Shown here: in pieces, positions 1-9,008 of the stretch
Position numbering within the stretch: position 1 is the first letter of the stretch
Layout of the letters: each line of letters opens with the position of its first letter
Source: an uncultured Pelagibacteraceae bacterium
GTDB lineage: Bacteria; Pseudomonadota; Alphaproteobacteria; Pelagibacterales; Pelagibacteraceae
NCBI GenBank assembly: GCA_902628525.1
Contig: CACOMZ010000001.1
Location: 141,186 to 205,185 of the forward strand
Length of the DNA stretch: 64,000 nt
Reading direction: 5' to 3'
The notes under the pieces: model-generated
Seen by the model: the letters and a program-made list of their open reading frames with translations, nothing else
What the model was told of the DNA's origin: nothing
Databases searched by the model: none
Made by a program: the position numbers and the translations under genes

Positions 1-60
1 TTATCATTTTTTAGAAACTTACTAATCTTCCATTTATTAATACTTTTTAAACTTTTCACT

Positions 61-1386
61 TTAACAGTCTAAAGTATTATCTTTTTCCCACTGAGTTACA
101 GGTCTTTTTTTATCGAATATATTTCGATTTCTAAAACTTTTTATTTCAGAATTTTTTAGTTTAATATAGCTTTTTATTACATCTGAACCGAAAGCTTCAG
201 ATAGTGATTTACTTTTTTCTAATATTTCTATTGCCTCAAAAATATCATTAGGTAATTTTTTTAAATTTGGATATTTTTTAAAGTCTTCATACATGTTGCA
301 ATGAAGAGGTTTGCCTGGATTTAATTTTTTATTAATTCCTTCAAGCCCAGCAGCAATTATGCCAGCTTGTAGCAAATAAGGGTTTGCTGAACCATCCATT
401 AATCTGAGTTCAAATCTTCCTTTGTCGGGAATTCTTATCATATGTGTTCTGTTATTACCCGTGTAAGAGATGCTGCTTGGTGACCAGGTAGCTCCAGATT
501 TTGTTGGTGGAGCATTAATTCTTCTATAACTATTTATTGTTGGATTAAAAAATGCTGAAAGTGCTTGAGTGTTATTCATAATTCCACCTAGGAAGTTATA
601 AGCTAACCTACTTAGACCTAATTCATCTTTATTATCTAAAAACTTGTTTTTGTTGCCGTCCCAAACTGAGACGTGAGCATGACATCCATTGCCCGTTAAA
701 TTGCTGAATGGTTTAGGCATAAATGTAGCCCTTAAACCATGCTTTTCAGCCAGACTTTTAACCATAAATTTAAAAAAAACATGTCTATCTGCAGTCACTA
801 GTGAGTCTGAGAAATCCCAGTTCATTTCAAACTGGCCATTAGCATCTTCATGATCATTTTGATAAGGTTTCCAACCCATTTCTAACATGCAGTCACATAT
901 TTCTTTTATTAAATCATATCTTCTCATTAAGGCTGATTGGTCATAACAAGGCTTAGATTGAATGTCTCTTTTATCTGCTATTGTTGAACCATCTTCAGAA
1001 ATTAAAAAATATTCACATTCTACACCAGATTTCACTTGAAGTTTTTTTTGCGACATTTTTTTTATTTGTTCTTTAAGCATAATTCTTGGCGAAGCTTTAA
1101 CTGGTTTACCATCCATGTATAAATCAGATGCCAACCATCCAATTTCCTTATTCCATGGTAGTTGAATTAAGCTATTAGGATCTGGCACTCCAAACATATC
1201 ACTATCTGCTGGTGTCATATCCAACCAAGTTGCAAATCCTGCAAAGCCTGCACCATCTCGTTGCATCTCGTTGATAGCCTGCGCAGGTACTAGTTTTGAT
1301 CTTAATACTCCAAATAAGTCAACAAAACTTATCAGAAAATATTTTATTTTTTTTTGTTTAGCAATTTTTGATAAATTTTTTGGCAT
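61..1386 (-). CDS. glnT: Gamma-glutamylmethylamide synthetase (GmaS; GlnT-type glutamine synthetase family)
   Basis: GS catalytic motifs ECEYF, DHEDANGQFE, FMPKPF..GNGCHAH, NNRTHMIR, RFELR. N-terminal FAGFA signature of GlnT/GMAS. Lies directly after mgsABC. Confidence 0.9.
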   Translation of the reverse strand: MPKNLSKIAKQKKIKYFLISFVDLFGVLRSKLVPAQAINEMQRDGAGFAGFATWLDMTPADSDMFGVPDPNSLIQLPWNKEIGWLASDLYMDGKPVKASPRIMLKEQIKKMSQKKLQVKSGVECEYFLISEDGSTIADKRDIQSKPCYDQSALMRRYDLIKEICDCMLEMGWKPYQNDHEDANGQFEMNWDFSDSLVTADRHVFFKFMVKSLAEKHGLRATFMPKPFSNLTGNGCHAHVSVWDGNKNKFLDNKDELGLSRLAYNFLGGIMNNTQALSAFFNPTINSYRRINAPPTKSGATWSPSSISYTGNNRTHMIRIPDKGRFELRLMDGSANPYLLQAGIIAAGLEGINKKLNPGKPLHCNMYEDFKKYPNLKKLPNDIFEAIEILEKSKSLSEAFGSDVIKSYIKLKNSEIKSFRNRNIFDKKRPVTQWEKDNTLDC

Positions 1387-1420
1387 AATTGATCTTATGA
1401 ATATAAAGGAATTCTATCAA

Positions 1421-2749
1421 TCATTTTTTTTCTTTTATTCCCGGTATCCAATCACTTCCAGCTAGAGGAACTCTAGCCATTGCTGCAGCTTCAACAGTGA
1501 GTGCGCATAAATCTTCAGGCTCTAGATTATGCAAACTATTTTTTCCACAAGCTCTTGCAAGTGTTTGAGCCTCTAGAGTCATAACCTTAAGATAGTTTGT
1601 TAATTTTTTACCAGCTTTTACTGGGTCTAATCTTTTCATCAAAGCTGGGTTTTGGGTCGATATTCCTGACGGATCATTGCCTTCGTGCCAATCGTCATAT
1701 GCCCCAGCGGTAGTACCTAACTTATTATATTCTTTTTCCCATTTAGGATCATTATCCCCTATAGCTATCATAGCGGCACTTCCAATCGACACGGCATCCG
1801 CACCTAGAGCTAAAGCTTTAGCAACATCTGCACCATTTCTAATTCCACCTGATATTATTAACTGTACTTCTCTATGAGCATTTAAATCTTGAAGAGCATC
1901 AACAGCTGGCCTTATGCAAGCTAAAGTGGGTTGACCGACATTTTCAATAAAGACTTCTTGTGTAGCTGCTGTTCCTCCTTGCATTCCATCAAGTACTACT
2001 ACATCAGCTCCAGCTTTAACTGCTAAAGCTGTATCATAATATGGTCTTGCACCTGCAATTTTTATAAAGATAGGAACTTTCCATTTTGTAATTTCACGTA
2101 GCTCTAAAATTTTAATTTTCAAATCATCAGGTCCAGTCCAATCAGGATGTCTACAAGCTGATCTTTGATCAACACCTTTTGGCAATGTTCTCATTTTTGC
2201 AACTCTATCATTGATTTTTTGACCTAATAACATTCCTCCACCACCAGGTTTTGCACCTTGGCCAATGACAACTTCAATTGCGTCTGCTTTTCTCAAATCA
2301 TCTGGGTTCATCCCATACCTAGACGGTAATAATTGGTAAACTAAATATTTTGATTGTCCTCTTTCTTCAGGTGTCATACCTCCGTCACCTGTAGTAGTAG
2401 ACGTACCAGCTGCGCTTGCACCTCTTCCTAAAGCTTCTTTTGCTGGACCTGACAAAGCACCAAAACTCATACCTGCGATTGTAATAGGTATGTCTAATTC
2501 TAGTGGTTTTTTTGCAAATTTAGTTCCAAGAGTGACATTAGTTGTGCATTTTTCTCGATAGCCTTCTAAAGGATATCTAGACATAGAGGCACCTAAAAAC
2601 AATAAATCATCAAAATGTGGAAGTTTTCTTTTAGATCCTCCACCTCTAATATCATAAATTCCTGTAGCTGCAGCTCTCCTAATTTCCGAATTGGTGTATT
2701 CATCAAAAGTCCAGGATTGACGAGGATGAGTTCTATTATTTTTTTTCAT
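1421..2749 (-). CDS. mgsC: N-methylglutamate synthase subunit C (FMN-binding glutamate synthase family, GlxD)
   Basis: GMSFGALS, GQGAKPGGGG, DGMQGGT and SGGIRNGADVAKALALGAD FMN-barrel motifs. No Fe-S Cys cluster. In operon with mgsAB and gmaS. Confidence 0.88.
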   Translation of the reverse strand: MKKNNRTHPRQSWTFDEYTNSEIRRAAATGIYDIRGGGSKRKLPHFDDLLFLGASMSRYPLEGYREKCTTNVTLGTKFAKKPLELDIPITIAGMSFGALSGPAKEALGRGASAAGTSTTTGDGGMTPEERGQSKYLVYQLLPSRYGMNPDDLRKADAIEVVIGQGAKPGGGGMLLGQKINDRVAKMRTLPKGVDQRSACRHPDWTGPDDLKIKILELREITKWKVPIFIKIAGARPYYDTALAVKAGADVVVLDGMQGGTAATQEVFIENVGQPTLACIRPAVDALQDLNAHREVQLIISGGIRNGADVAKALALGADAVSIGSAAMIAIGDNDPKWEKEYNKLGTTAGAYDDWHEGNDPSGISTQNPALMKRLDPVKAGKKLTNYLKVMTLEAQTLARACGKNSLHNLEPEDLCALTVEAAAMARVPLAGSDWIPGIKEKK

Positions 2750-2751
2750 AA

Positions 2752-3435
2752 CTAATAATTAGAAATATTATCTATTTTAAAATTATACAATTTCCTTGCT
2801 GAACCATATCTCTTAAAACTTTCAGCTTTTTGATTGTTTATATCTGCCTCTTTTAAAAGTAGTCTAAGTTTTTTAATATGCTTTTTATCCATTTTTTTTT
2901 CAACACAATCTGCACCAAGTGATTTAACCTTGCCTTTTATATATATGTTTGTTTCATATAAACTATCACCTAATGCCTCACCAGCATCACCACAAACTAC
3001 TAAATTTCCTGATTGGGACATGAAACCTGACATGTGGCCAACTGATCCTTTAACAACTATGTCAACACCCTTCATTGAAATACCACATCTTGAACTTGCG
3101 TCACCATCAATAATTAAAAGTCCACCGTGAGCTGTTGCTCCTGCAGATTGTGATGCATTACCTTTTACATGCACTTTACCTGACATCATGTTTTCAGCTA
3201 CACCAGTTCCTACGTTTCCATCTACTGTAATATTCGCTTTTTGATTCATGCCTGCACAATAATAGCCAACATGGCCTTTAATATTTATATTTAATTCTTC
3301 AGTAAGCCCAGCACATACAGCGTGATTTCCCTCAGGATTAATTATTGTAAAACTTCTATCATTTATTTTTCTATCTATATTTTGTAATTGTTCGTTTACT
3401 TTTCTTAACTTTAATTTTTTTAAATCTAATTTCAT
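2752..3435 (-). CDS. mgsB: N-methylglutamate synthase subunit B (GXGXG beta-helix, GlxC)
   Basis: Repeated GxxGxxxG beta-helix pattern. Start moved to ATG 3435 because it forms a TAATG overlap with the mgsA stop. Confidence 0.88.
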   Translation of the reverse strand: MKLDLKKLKLRKVNEQLQNIDRKINDRSFTIINPEGNHAVCAGLTEELNINIKGHVGYYCAGMNQKANITVDGNVGTGVAENMMSGKVHVKGNASQSAGATAHGGLLIIDGDASSRCGISMKGVDIVVKGSVGHMSGFMSQSGNLVVCGDAGEALGDSLYETNIYIKGKVKSLGADCVEKKMDKKHIKKLRLLLKEADINNQKAESFKRYGSARKLYNFKIDNISNY

Positions 3436-4319
3436 TAATTTCCCCAAGAATATACAATACCAGGTTCTGGCTCAAAAATTTTTGCATTATTAACATCTGG
3501 AAGATGTGCCATTGCCTGAAATTCAGATGCTATTGCAACATAATTTTTTGTTTCAGCTATAACTGCAGGCTTGCATGCAATTTCATCTCTTACTACCGCA
3601 AATCCTTTTCTGGTTCCTGCTATAAATGTATAAAAACCATCCAGGTCTTTTAGACCTGAAACAAGTGTGTTTTTTAATGAATTATTATTTGAGAGACTAT
3701 TAGAAACATAGCCAGCGGCAACTTCAGTATCGTTTTCAGAAGTAAAAGTGTTTCCTTTTTTTCTTAGCTCTCTTCTTAAGTTATTATGATTAGATAAGGA
3801 TCCGTTATGAACTAAACATTCATCTTCTCCAGTTGAATAAGGATGGGAACCATCAGTGGTTATTGCACTCTCGGTTGCCATTCTAGTGTGCCCAATTCCA
3901 TGTGTACCACTAAAACTTTCTAAATTAAATTTTTTAACCACCTCTTTTGGATTACCTACTTGTTTAAAAATCTCAATTGAGTGTCCATATCCAACAATAG
4001 AAACTTCAGGGAATTCTTTAGTCATAAAATTAATAAATTTTTTTGGTGTTTCAGTTGTTTTTATAATTACGTGATCTGAATATTGATTTAGTTTTAATTT
4101 TTTAATTTTTTTTGAAATATCTTTTTTAAATTTTTTAAAATCTAGATTATTAATGCATAAAGAATATTTATATTCACTTTTGTCTGAATTCTTATATATA
4201 GCAAATCCTGCACTATCTGGTCCTCTAGACTCCATGTTGTTAAGCATACCTGATAACATTTTACCTAATTTATTTTCAAATTTTTTTGTCTTGAGGTATA
4301 TACCAACAATTCCACACAT
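3435..4319 (-). CDS. mgsA: N-methylglutamate synthase subunit A (class II/Ntn glutamine amidotransferase, GlxB)
   Basis: MCGI N-terminal nucleophile, RGPDSAG, GHTRMATES, HNG, NDTE motifs. Confidence 0.88.
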   Translation of the reverse strand: MCGIVGIYLKTKKFENKLGKMLSGMLNNMESRGPDSAGFAIYKNSDKSEYKYSLCINNLDFKKFKKDISKKIKKLKLNQYSDHVIIKTTETPKKFINFMTKEFPEVSIVGYGHSIEIFKQVGNPKEVVKKFNLESFSGTHGIGHTRMATESAITTDGSHPYSTGEDECLVHNGSLSNHNNLRRELRKKGNTFTSENDTEVAAGYVSNSLSNNNSLKNTLVSGLKDLDGFYTFIAGTRKGFAVVRDEIACKPAVIAETKNYVAIASEFQAMAHLPDVNNAKIFEPEPGIVYSWGN

Positions 4320-4332
4320 AGATTTTAGAGTT

Positions 4333-4485
4333 TTAATTAATTAACGATAAAAAAAATTCTTTATAATAGATAAGGTTTACAACTACAATGATGATAATAG
4401 CCGCTATTACTCCATACTTAGCTTTTGGAAAAGCTACACCTCTCATTTTACTAGGTCTTAGTTCTTCGTTATCTTTATCTGTCAT
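4333..4485 (-). CDS. Small single-pass membrane protein (50 aa)
   Basis: MTDKDNEELR...VIAAIIIIVVVNLIYY. ATG 4485 is preferred because the longer track start lies inside a terminator hairpin. Confidence 0.6.
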   Translation of the reverse strand: MTDKDNEELRPSKMRGVAFPKAKYGVIAAIIIIVVVNLIYYKEFFLSLIN

Positions 4486-4495
4486 ATTTTTTGTT

Positions 4496-4528
4496 AAAAA
4501 AAAAGGGCGCCACAATAAAGTAGCGCCC
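4496..4528 (-). terminator. Rho-independent terminator after amt and the small membrane protein gene
   Basis: Minus strand GGGCGCTAC-TTTATT-GTGGCGCCC (9 bp, one G.U) followed by T9. Confidence 0.85.
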
Positions 4529-4543
4529 AAATTTTAATTTAGA

Positions 4544-4774
4544 TTACCAATCGGTAATATTGCTTTTATGGTCATTAGCACCATGTCTTTTTCTAGCTAG
4601 TCTATCAAGTTCTTCACTTTCAGATCTAGCTGTTAAAACATGCCAACCAACCCATAAAATAATAGCAATGATTACTAGTATTCCTTCACTAGATCCAGCA
4701 CCAGGATAAACAGCACCAGCAACCTCTTCAGCTGGTTTGTTAAGGTGATCTATCCAGTTTGTAACTGTAGCCAT
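4544..4774 (-). CDS. Small membrane protein co-transcribed with amt (76 aa)
   Basis: Strong RBS AAGGAG. One TM segment (ILVIIAIILWVGWHVL). 13 nt after the amt stop. Confidence 0.8.
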   Translation of the reverse strand: MATVTNWIDHLNKPAEEVAGAVYPGAGSSEGILVIIAIILWVGWHVLTARSESEELDRLARKRHGANDHKSNITDW

Positions 4775-4787
4775 ATATTACTCTCCT

Positions 4788-6188
4788 TTACCTGGTTGAG
4801 GACGCAACTGCTTTTTCGTCTTCTTTAGCAGTCTCCATTATTTCATAGTCTAGTCCAGCTATTTCAACTTCACGAGGGATTCTTAATTTACCCATACCAT
4901 GAAGCACCTTAGCTATGACATAGCCCGGTATTAGCCCAAGAACAACGAACATTATTAATGCACCGATGAATTGACCTAATGGGTTTATTGAAGCGTAGGT
5001 AGTTCCGTCCCACATAGCACCAACACTGTAACCAGAAGCTGGGTAACCATTTAAGACAAATCCACATATCACTAGACCTATAAAGCCAGCATAACCGTGT
5101 ACTGCAACGGCACCAACTGCATCATCAATTTTGAACTTACGTTCAACCCAATAATGTAGTTTGTATGAAATCACAACACCAATCATACCAATGATCATTG
5201 CTTGAATTGGATGATATAAATCATTTCCAGCTGAAGCACATATTATACCTGCTAGTCCACTTGAATAAGTCCAGAAAGGATCACCTTTAGCAATCCAATA
5301 TCCGGCCAATAACCCTCCTGACAATGACATCAAGAAGTTAAAGGTAATACCACTCAGTGTAGTAGGGGTTACATAAATGTTTGTTGCTGTCCAATAAGAT
5401 ATGCCTTCCATACCGTATTCAGGTCCCAGATCAAAAATTGGTATATTACAAGCTGCATAAAATCCCCAGAAACCAGTATAAATTAAAAATAATCCAATTG
5501 TTACTAGCCAAGGATTTCTTGGTCCAATGTTTCTTGGTTCACCACTCGATGAAAATTTTCCAATTCGTGGTCCCAAAACCATTAGAACACCTAATGCAAA
5601 TCCACCTGCAATTGCGTGAATTACACCTGATGCATAAGCATCATGATATCCTAAAAGTTTTAACATCCAGCCATCAAAGTGCCATCCCCAGGCTGCATCT
5701 ATTACCCAGAACACAGATCCAATTGCAATTGCTAAAATTCCAAATGCAAAAGTTGTTATTCTTTCAATAATTGCTCCTGACACGATAGAAGCAGCAGTCC
5801 ATGAGAATAATAAGAATGCAGCCCAGAAGACACCAGAAATATGGTCTCCTAGATTTACAGCCATTAAATCACTTGTTGCCGTATACCATGTTGCACTAAA
5901 TGCGGACTCGTCTGTAATGAGAGCGGTGCTTTCATTCATTATTGATGGTGCTAATCCCGGTCCTGTAGGAAAAGCCCAATAAATCCACCAACCAAATAAA
6001 AACCACGTCACTGTTACCAATGGTATCAGCATAGTATTTTTCATAAGAGTGTGTTGATGGTGTTTGTATCGAGAAGCTCCAACTTCATACATACAGAAAC
6101 CGACGTGAATTAAAAACATCAGTACTACAGTTACCCAGTAGTAAAATTCTGTAAATATGGTAGTAAGAGCAGCCAACTGATCAGTCAT
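4788..6188 (-). CDS. amt: Ammonium transporter (Amt) family protein, divergent; probably a methylamine transporter
   Basis: About 11 hydrophobic segments, SIVSGAIIER, twin His (VIHAIAG, AVHGYAG), LGPR, IDDAVGA motifs. RBS GGAGAG. Confidence 0.9.
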   Translation of the reverse strand: MTDQLAALTTIFTEFYYWVTVVLMFLIHVGFCMYEVGASRYKHHQHTLMKNTMLIPLVTVTWFLFGWWIYWAFPTGPGLAPSIMNESTALITDESAFSATWYTATSDLMAVNLGDHISGVFWAAFLLFSWTAASIVSGAIIERITTFAFGILAIAIGSVFWVIDAAWGWHFDGWMLKLLGYHDAYASGVIHAIAGGFALGVLMVLGPRIGKFSSSGEPRNIGPRNPWLVTIGLFLIYTGFWGFYAACNIPIFDLGPEYGMEGISYWTATNIYVTPTTLSGITFNFLMSLSGGLLAGYWIAKGDPFWTYSSGLAGIICASAGNDLYHPIQAMIIGMIGVVISYKLHYWVERKFKIDDAVGAVAVHGYAGFIGLVICGFVLNGYPASGYSVGAMWDGTTYASINPLGQFIGALIMFVVLGLIPGYVIAKVLHGMGKLRIPREVEIAGLDYEIMETAKEDEKAVASSTR

Positions 6189-6257
6189 ATTCTCTCTCCA
6201 TATTAGTTTATAGAATCCTATTAAATTTTGTGATTCGTTACAAATATAAAAATGGAT

Positions 6258-6287
6258 TAAAAACCTATTATGAACAATAGGTTTTTA
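6258..6287. promoter_or_regulatory. Perfect 12-bp inverted repeat upstream of amt (weak terminator or operator)
   Basis: TAAAAACCTATT-atgaac-AATAGGTTTTTA. Confidence 0.45.
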
Positions 6288-6313
6288 AAAATTATCAACT
6301 GTTGATTGTAAAA

Positions 6314-6730
6314 TTAAAATTTTAAGTAAGCTTTTTTCAAATCAACTAGAGGATGCTTTGGAGACATTTGAAACTTAACTAAAAGTTCTCTTGCAATCAT
6401 ATCTCTATCTTGTTGATTGTTTGGAAGTTTAATTGATTTCGGAATAGTAACCCAACCATTTGCATTTCTGCAAAATACTGCCGGTCTATCTTCCTCATAT
6501 CCCATATGAACATCTTCTAACCAGTTTAAATCATCCCATCCCATTGCTTCTATATATTTTTTTAGAAATGGTGTAATTTTACTGTAATCAGGTAAAAGAT
6601 TAACATCATATCGGTAACCAATTGATTGACCGATCATTTTTTCTCTTGCTGTTTCTGCTTTTTTACCTAGTTGACCTTTGATTTCTTTATTTTTTGCTTT
6701 AACTATCTTTTTACCCTTTTTTTTTGCCAT
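6314..6730 (-). CDS. Hypothetical protein, last gene of the second mgs-like operon
   Basis: 138-aa ORF 11 nt after the mgsC-like stop. No family recognised. Confidence 0.8.
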   Translation of the reverse strand: MAKKKGKKIVKAKNKEIKGQLGKKAETAREKMIGQSIGYRYDVNLLPDYSKITPFLKKYIEAMGWDDLNWLEDVHMGYEEDRPAVFCRNANGWVTIPKSIKLPNNQQDRDMIARELLVKFQMSPKHPLVDLKKAYLKF

Positions 6731-6741
6731 AGTTATTACCC

Positions 6742-8154
6742 TTATATTTTGTGATAGTTATCAACTCCAACAGTATAATTTGTTCCTGCTAATGGAACTT
6801 TTGCTAAAGCTGAAGCCTCCGATGTCAAAGCAGCTAAGTCTTCAGGCTCTAGTGAATGAATATTTGTTTTACCACATGCTCTTGCTAAAAGTTGAGCTTC
6901 TAAAGTCATAGAGTGTAAATAATTATAGACCCTAAGAGCGGCATCATCAGGATTTAGTCTTGCTCTTAATTTTGGATCTTGAGTGGCAACACCTACTGGA
7001 CATCTTCCAGTATGGCAGTGATAACACTCACCAGCTTTTACTCCCATTTCTTTTTCAAAGTTTGCTTCTGGAATATCTTTATTACAATTAAGTGCAATCA
7101 TTGAACCAGTACCAATCGCAATTGCATCAGCACCAAGAGCTAAAGCTTTAGCCATGTCAGCACCATCTCTTACACCACCTGCATAAATTAATGTTACTTT
7201 TCCAGTTTTACCAACATCATCAATCGCTCTTCTTGCTTCTCGAATGGCAGCAATACCAGGAATACCAGTATTTGCAGCAGCAATGTGCGGACCTGCACCA
7301 GTCGATCCTTCCATACCATCTAGATAAATAGAGTCAGGATCACATTTAGCAGCCATACGTACATCATCATAGACCTTTGAAGCACCAAGTTTTAACTGAA
7401 TTGGAACTTTATTTTTTGTTAATTGTCTTAACTCCTCGACTTTAAGAGCCAAATCATCTGGACCTAACCAGTCAGGGTGCCTTGCAGGAGATCTTTGATC
7501 AATACCCGATGGTAAAGATCTCATCTCAGCAACTTGGTCAGTAACTTTTTGGCCCATTAAGTGACCACCCATTCCTACTTTTTGTCCTTGCCCGATAAAA
7601 ACTTCAATACCATCAGCCAATTGTGCGTGATGAGGGTTAAAACCATATCTCGATTGGATACATTGATAGTACCATTTTTCAGAATACCTTCTTTCATCTG
7701 GTATCATTCCACCTTCCCCAGAGCATGTTGCGCTTCCAGCCATTGTAGCTCCACGCGCTAAAGCTGTTTTTGCTTCATAAGACAGTGCACCAAAACTCAT
7801 TCCTGTTATATAAACAGGTATTTCGAGTTCGATTGGATTTTCACATCTTGGTCCAATTACAGTTTTAGTCTCACATTTTTCTCTGTAACCCTCGATGACA
7901 AATCTCGTTAGTGTTCCTGGTAAGAATACCAAATCATCAAAAGTTGGAATTTTTTTCATTAGCGCCATACCACGCATTCTGTATCTGCCTAATTGAGATT
8001 TAATGTGGATGTCGTCTATTACTTCTGGTGTAAAAATAGCATTGTGTCCTAATAAGCTTTTATTTCTCTTTCCCTCCTCGTGGACATGAACATCAGCTTT
8101 ACCTCCAACACCTTTTCCATTTTTTTTAATTTTTTTATTTTTTTTCTTAGGCAT
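6742..8154 (-). CDS. FMN-binding glutamate synthase family protein (MgsC paralog) with Fe-S Cys motif
   Basis: GMSFGALS, GQGQKVGMGG, DGMEGSTGA, AGGVRDGADMAKALALGAD, plus ALNC...CYHCHTGRCPVG. Confidence 0.88.
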   Translation of the reverse strand: MPKKKNKKIKKNGKGVGGKADVHVHEEGKRNKSLLGHNAIFTPEVIDDIHIKSQLGRYRMRGMALMKKIPTFDDLVFLPGTLTRFVIEGYREKCETKTVIGPRCENPIELEIPVYITGMSFGALSYEAKTALARGATMAGSATCSGEGGMIPDERRYSEKWYYQCIQSRYGFNPHHAQLADGIEVFIGQGQKVGMGGHLMGQKVTDQVAEMRSLPSGIDQRSPARHPDWLGPDDLALKVEELRQLTKNKVPIQLKLGASKVYDDVRMAAKCDPDSIYLDGMEGSTGAGPHIAAANTGIPGIAAIREARRAIDDVGKTGKVTLIYAGGVRDGADMAKALALGADAIAIGTGSMIALNCNKDIPEANFEKEMGVKAGECYHCHTGRCPVGVATQDPKLRARLNPDDAALRVYNYLHSMTLEAQLLARACGKTNIHSLEPEDLAALTSEASALAKVPLAGTNYTVGVDNYHKI

Positions 8155-9008
8155 TAAATTGCTCCCTTCTTCTCTGTAGGTTCCAAATTGTCATAATTCC
8201 AAAGTTTTTTACCCGCTACAATTTTTTTCATTTTACTTACATCAAAATTTTCACCAATTTCTGCAACTTTTAACTTTCTTTTTAACCAATCTTGATCACT
8301 AAGTGTTAATTCTGAATCTACCGCATCACTACCATAAGATCCAATTTCTCCACCTACGAAAATTGTCCCATCATACATTGAGTCGCCCAGGTTAATTCCA
8401 ACATCTCCAAGTATGATTATTCTTCCTCTTTGCATCATAAAACCTGTAAAAGCACCGGCATCACCACCTATTATTATAGTTCCACCTTTCATATCAATAC
8501 CTGTTCTAGCTCCAACACTACCTTTGCATATTAAATCTCCACCTCTAATAGCCGCCCCAAAACAAGATCCAGCATTTTTTTCGATTACTACTTTTCCAGC
8601 CATTAAGTTTTCTGCACAGGACCATCCAACTCTACCATTAATTCTCACAATAGGTCCATCACACGAACCCATTCCAAAATAACCTAAGCTTCCTTCAAAT
8701 ATTAAATTCAATTTATTTAAGATACCAACCCCAAGGCTGTGTTTACCTTGTGGATTTTTTATCACAATAGTTCCATAACCCTGGCTCATGAGATTATCTA
8801 TTTCCTTATTTGCTTCAGGAGCTGTCATATCTTTTACATCAAGGTCAGTTCTTTTATTGAAATCAACATCATAAGTACCAAAATAATAAAAGTTTTCGGC
8901 CTCATCAGGATTAAAAAACTTTTGTTGAGTTCTACCTGTTAAAACTTCAGTATGCATACCCATAGCTTGGGCTTTGGTTTTTTTAGATACAGTTTTTAAA
9001 TTCGCCAT
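8154..9008 (-). CDS. GXGXG beta-helix protein (MgsB paralog)
   Basis: GXGXG repeats. C-terminal KKLWNY resembles RKLYNF of mgsB. RBS GGAGG. Confidence 0.87.
   Translation of the reverse strand: MANLKTVSKKTKAQAMGMHTEVLTGRTQQKFFNPDEAENFYYFGTYDVDFNKRTDLDVKDMTAPEANKEIDNLMSQGYGTIVIKNPQGKHSLGVGILNKLNLIFEGSLGYFGMGSCDGPIVRINGRVGWSCAENLMAGKVVIEKNAGSCFGAAIRGGDLICKGSVGARTGIDMKGGTIIIGGDAGAFTGFMMQRGRIIILGDVGINLGDSMYDGTIFVGGEIGSYGSDAVDSELTLSDQDWLKRKLKVAEIGENFDVSKMKKIVAGKKLWNYDNLEPTEKKGAI

Noticed and set aside
6680-8154. Lys-rich N-termini (MAKKKGKK, MPKKKNKK) as targeting or encapsulation signals
   Set aside because: Easily explained by A-rich 5' ends in a low-GC genome. No shell or encapsulin genes are present.
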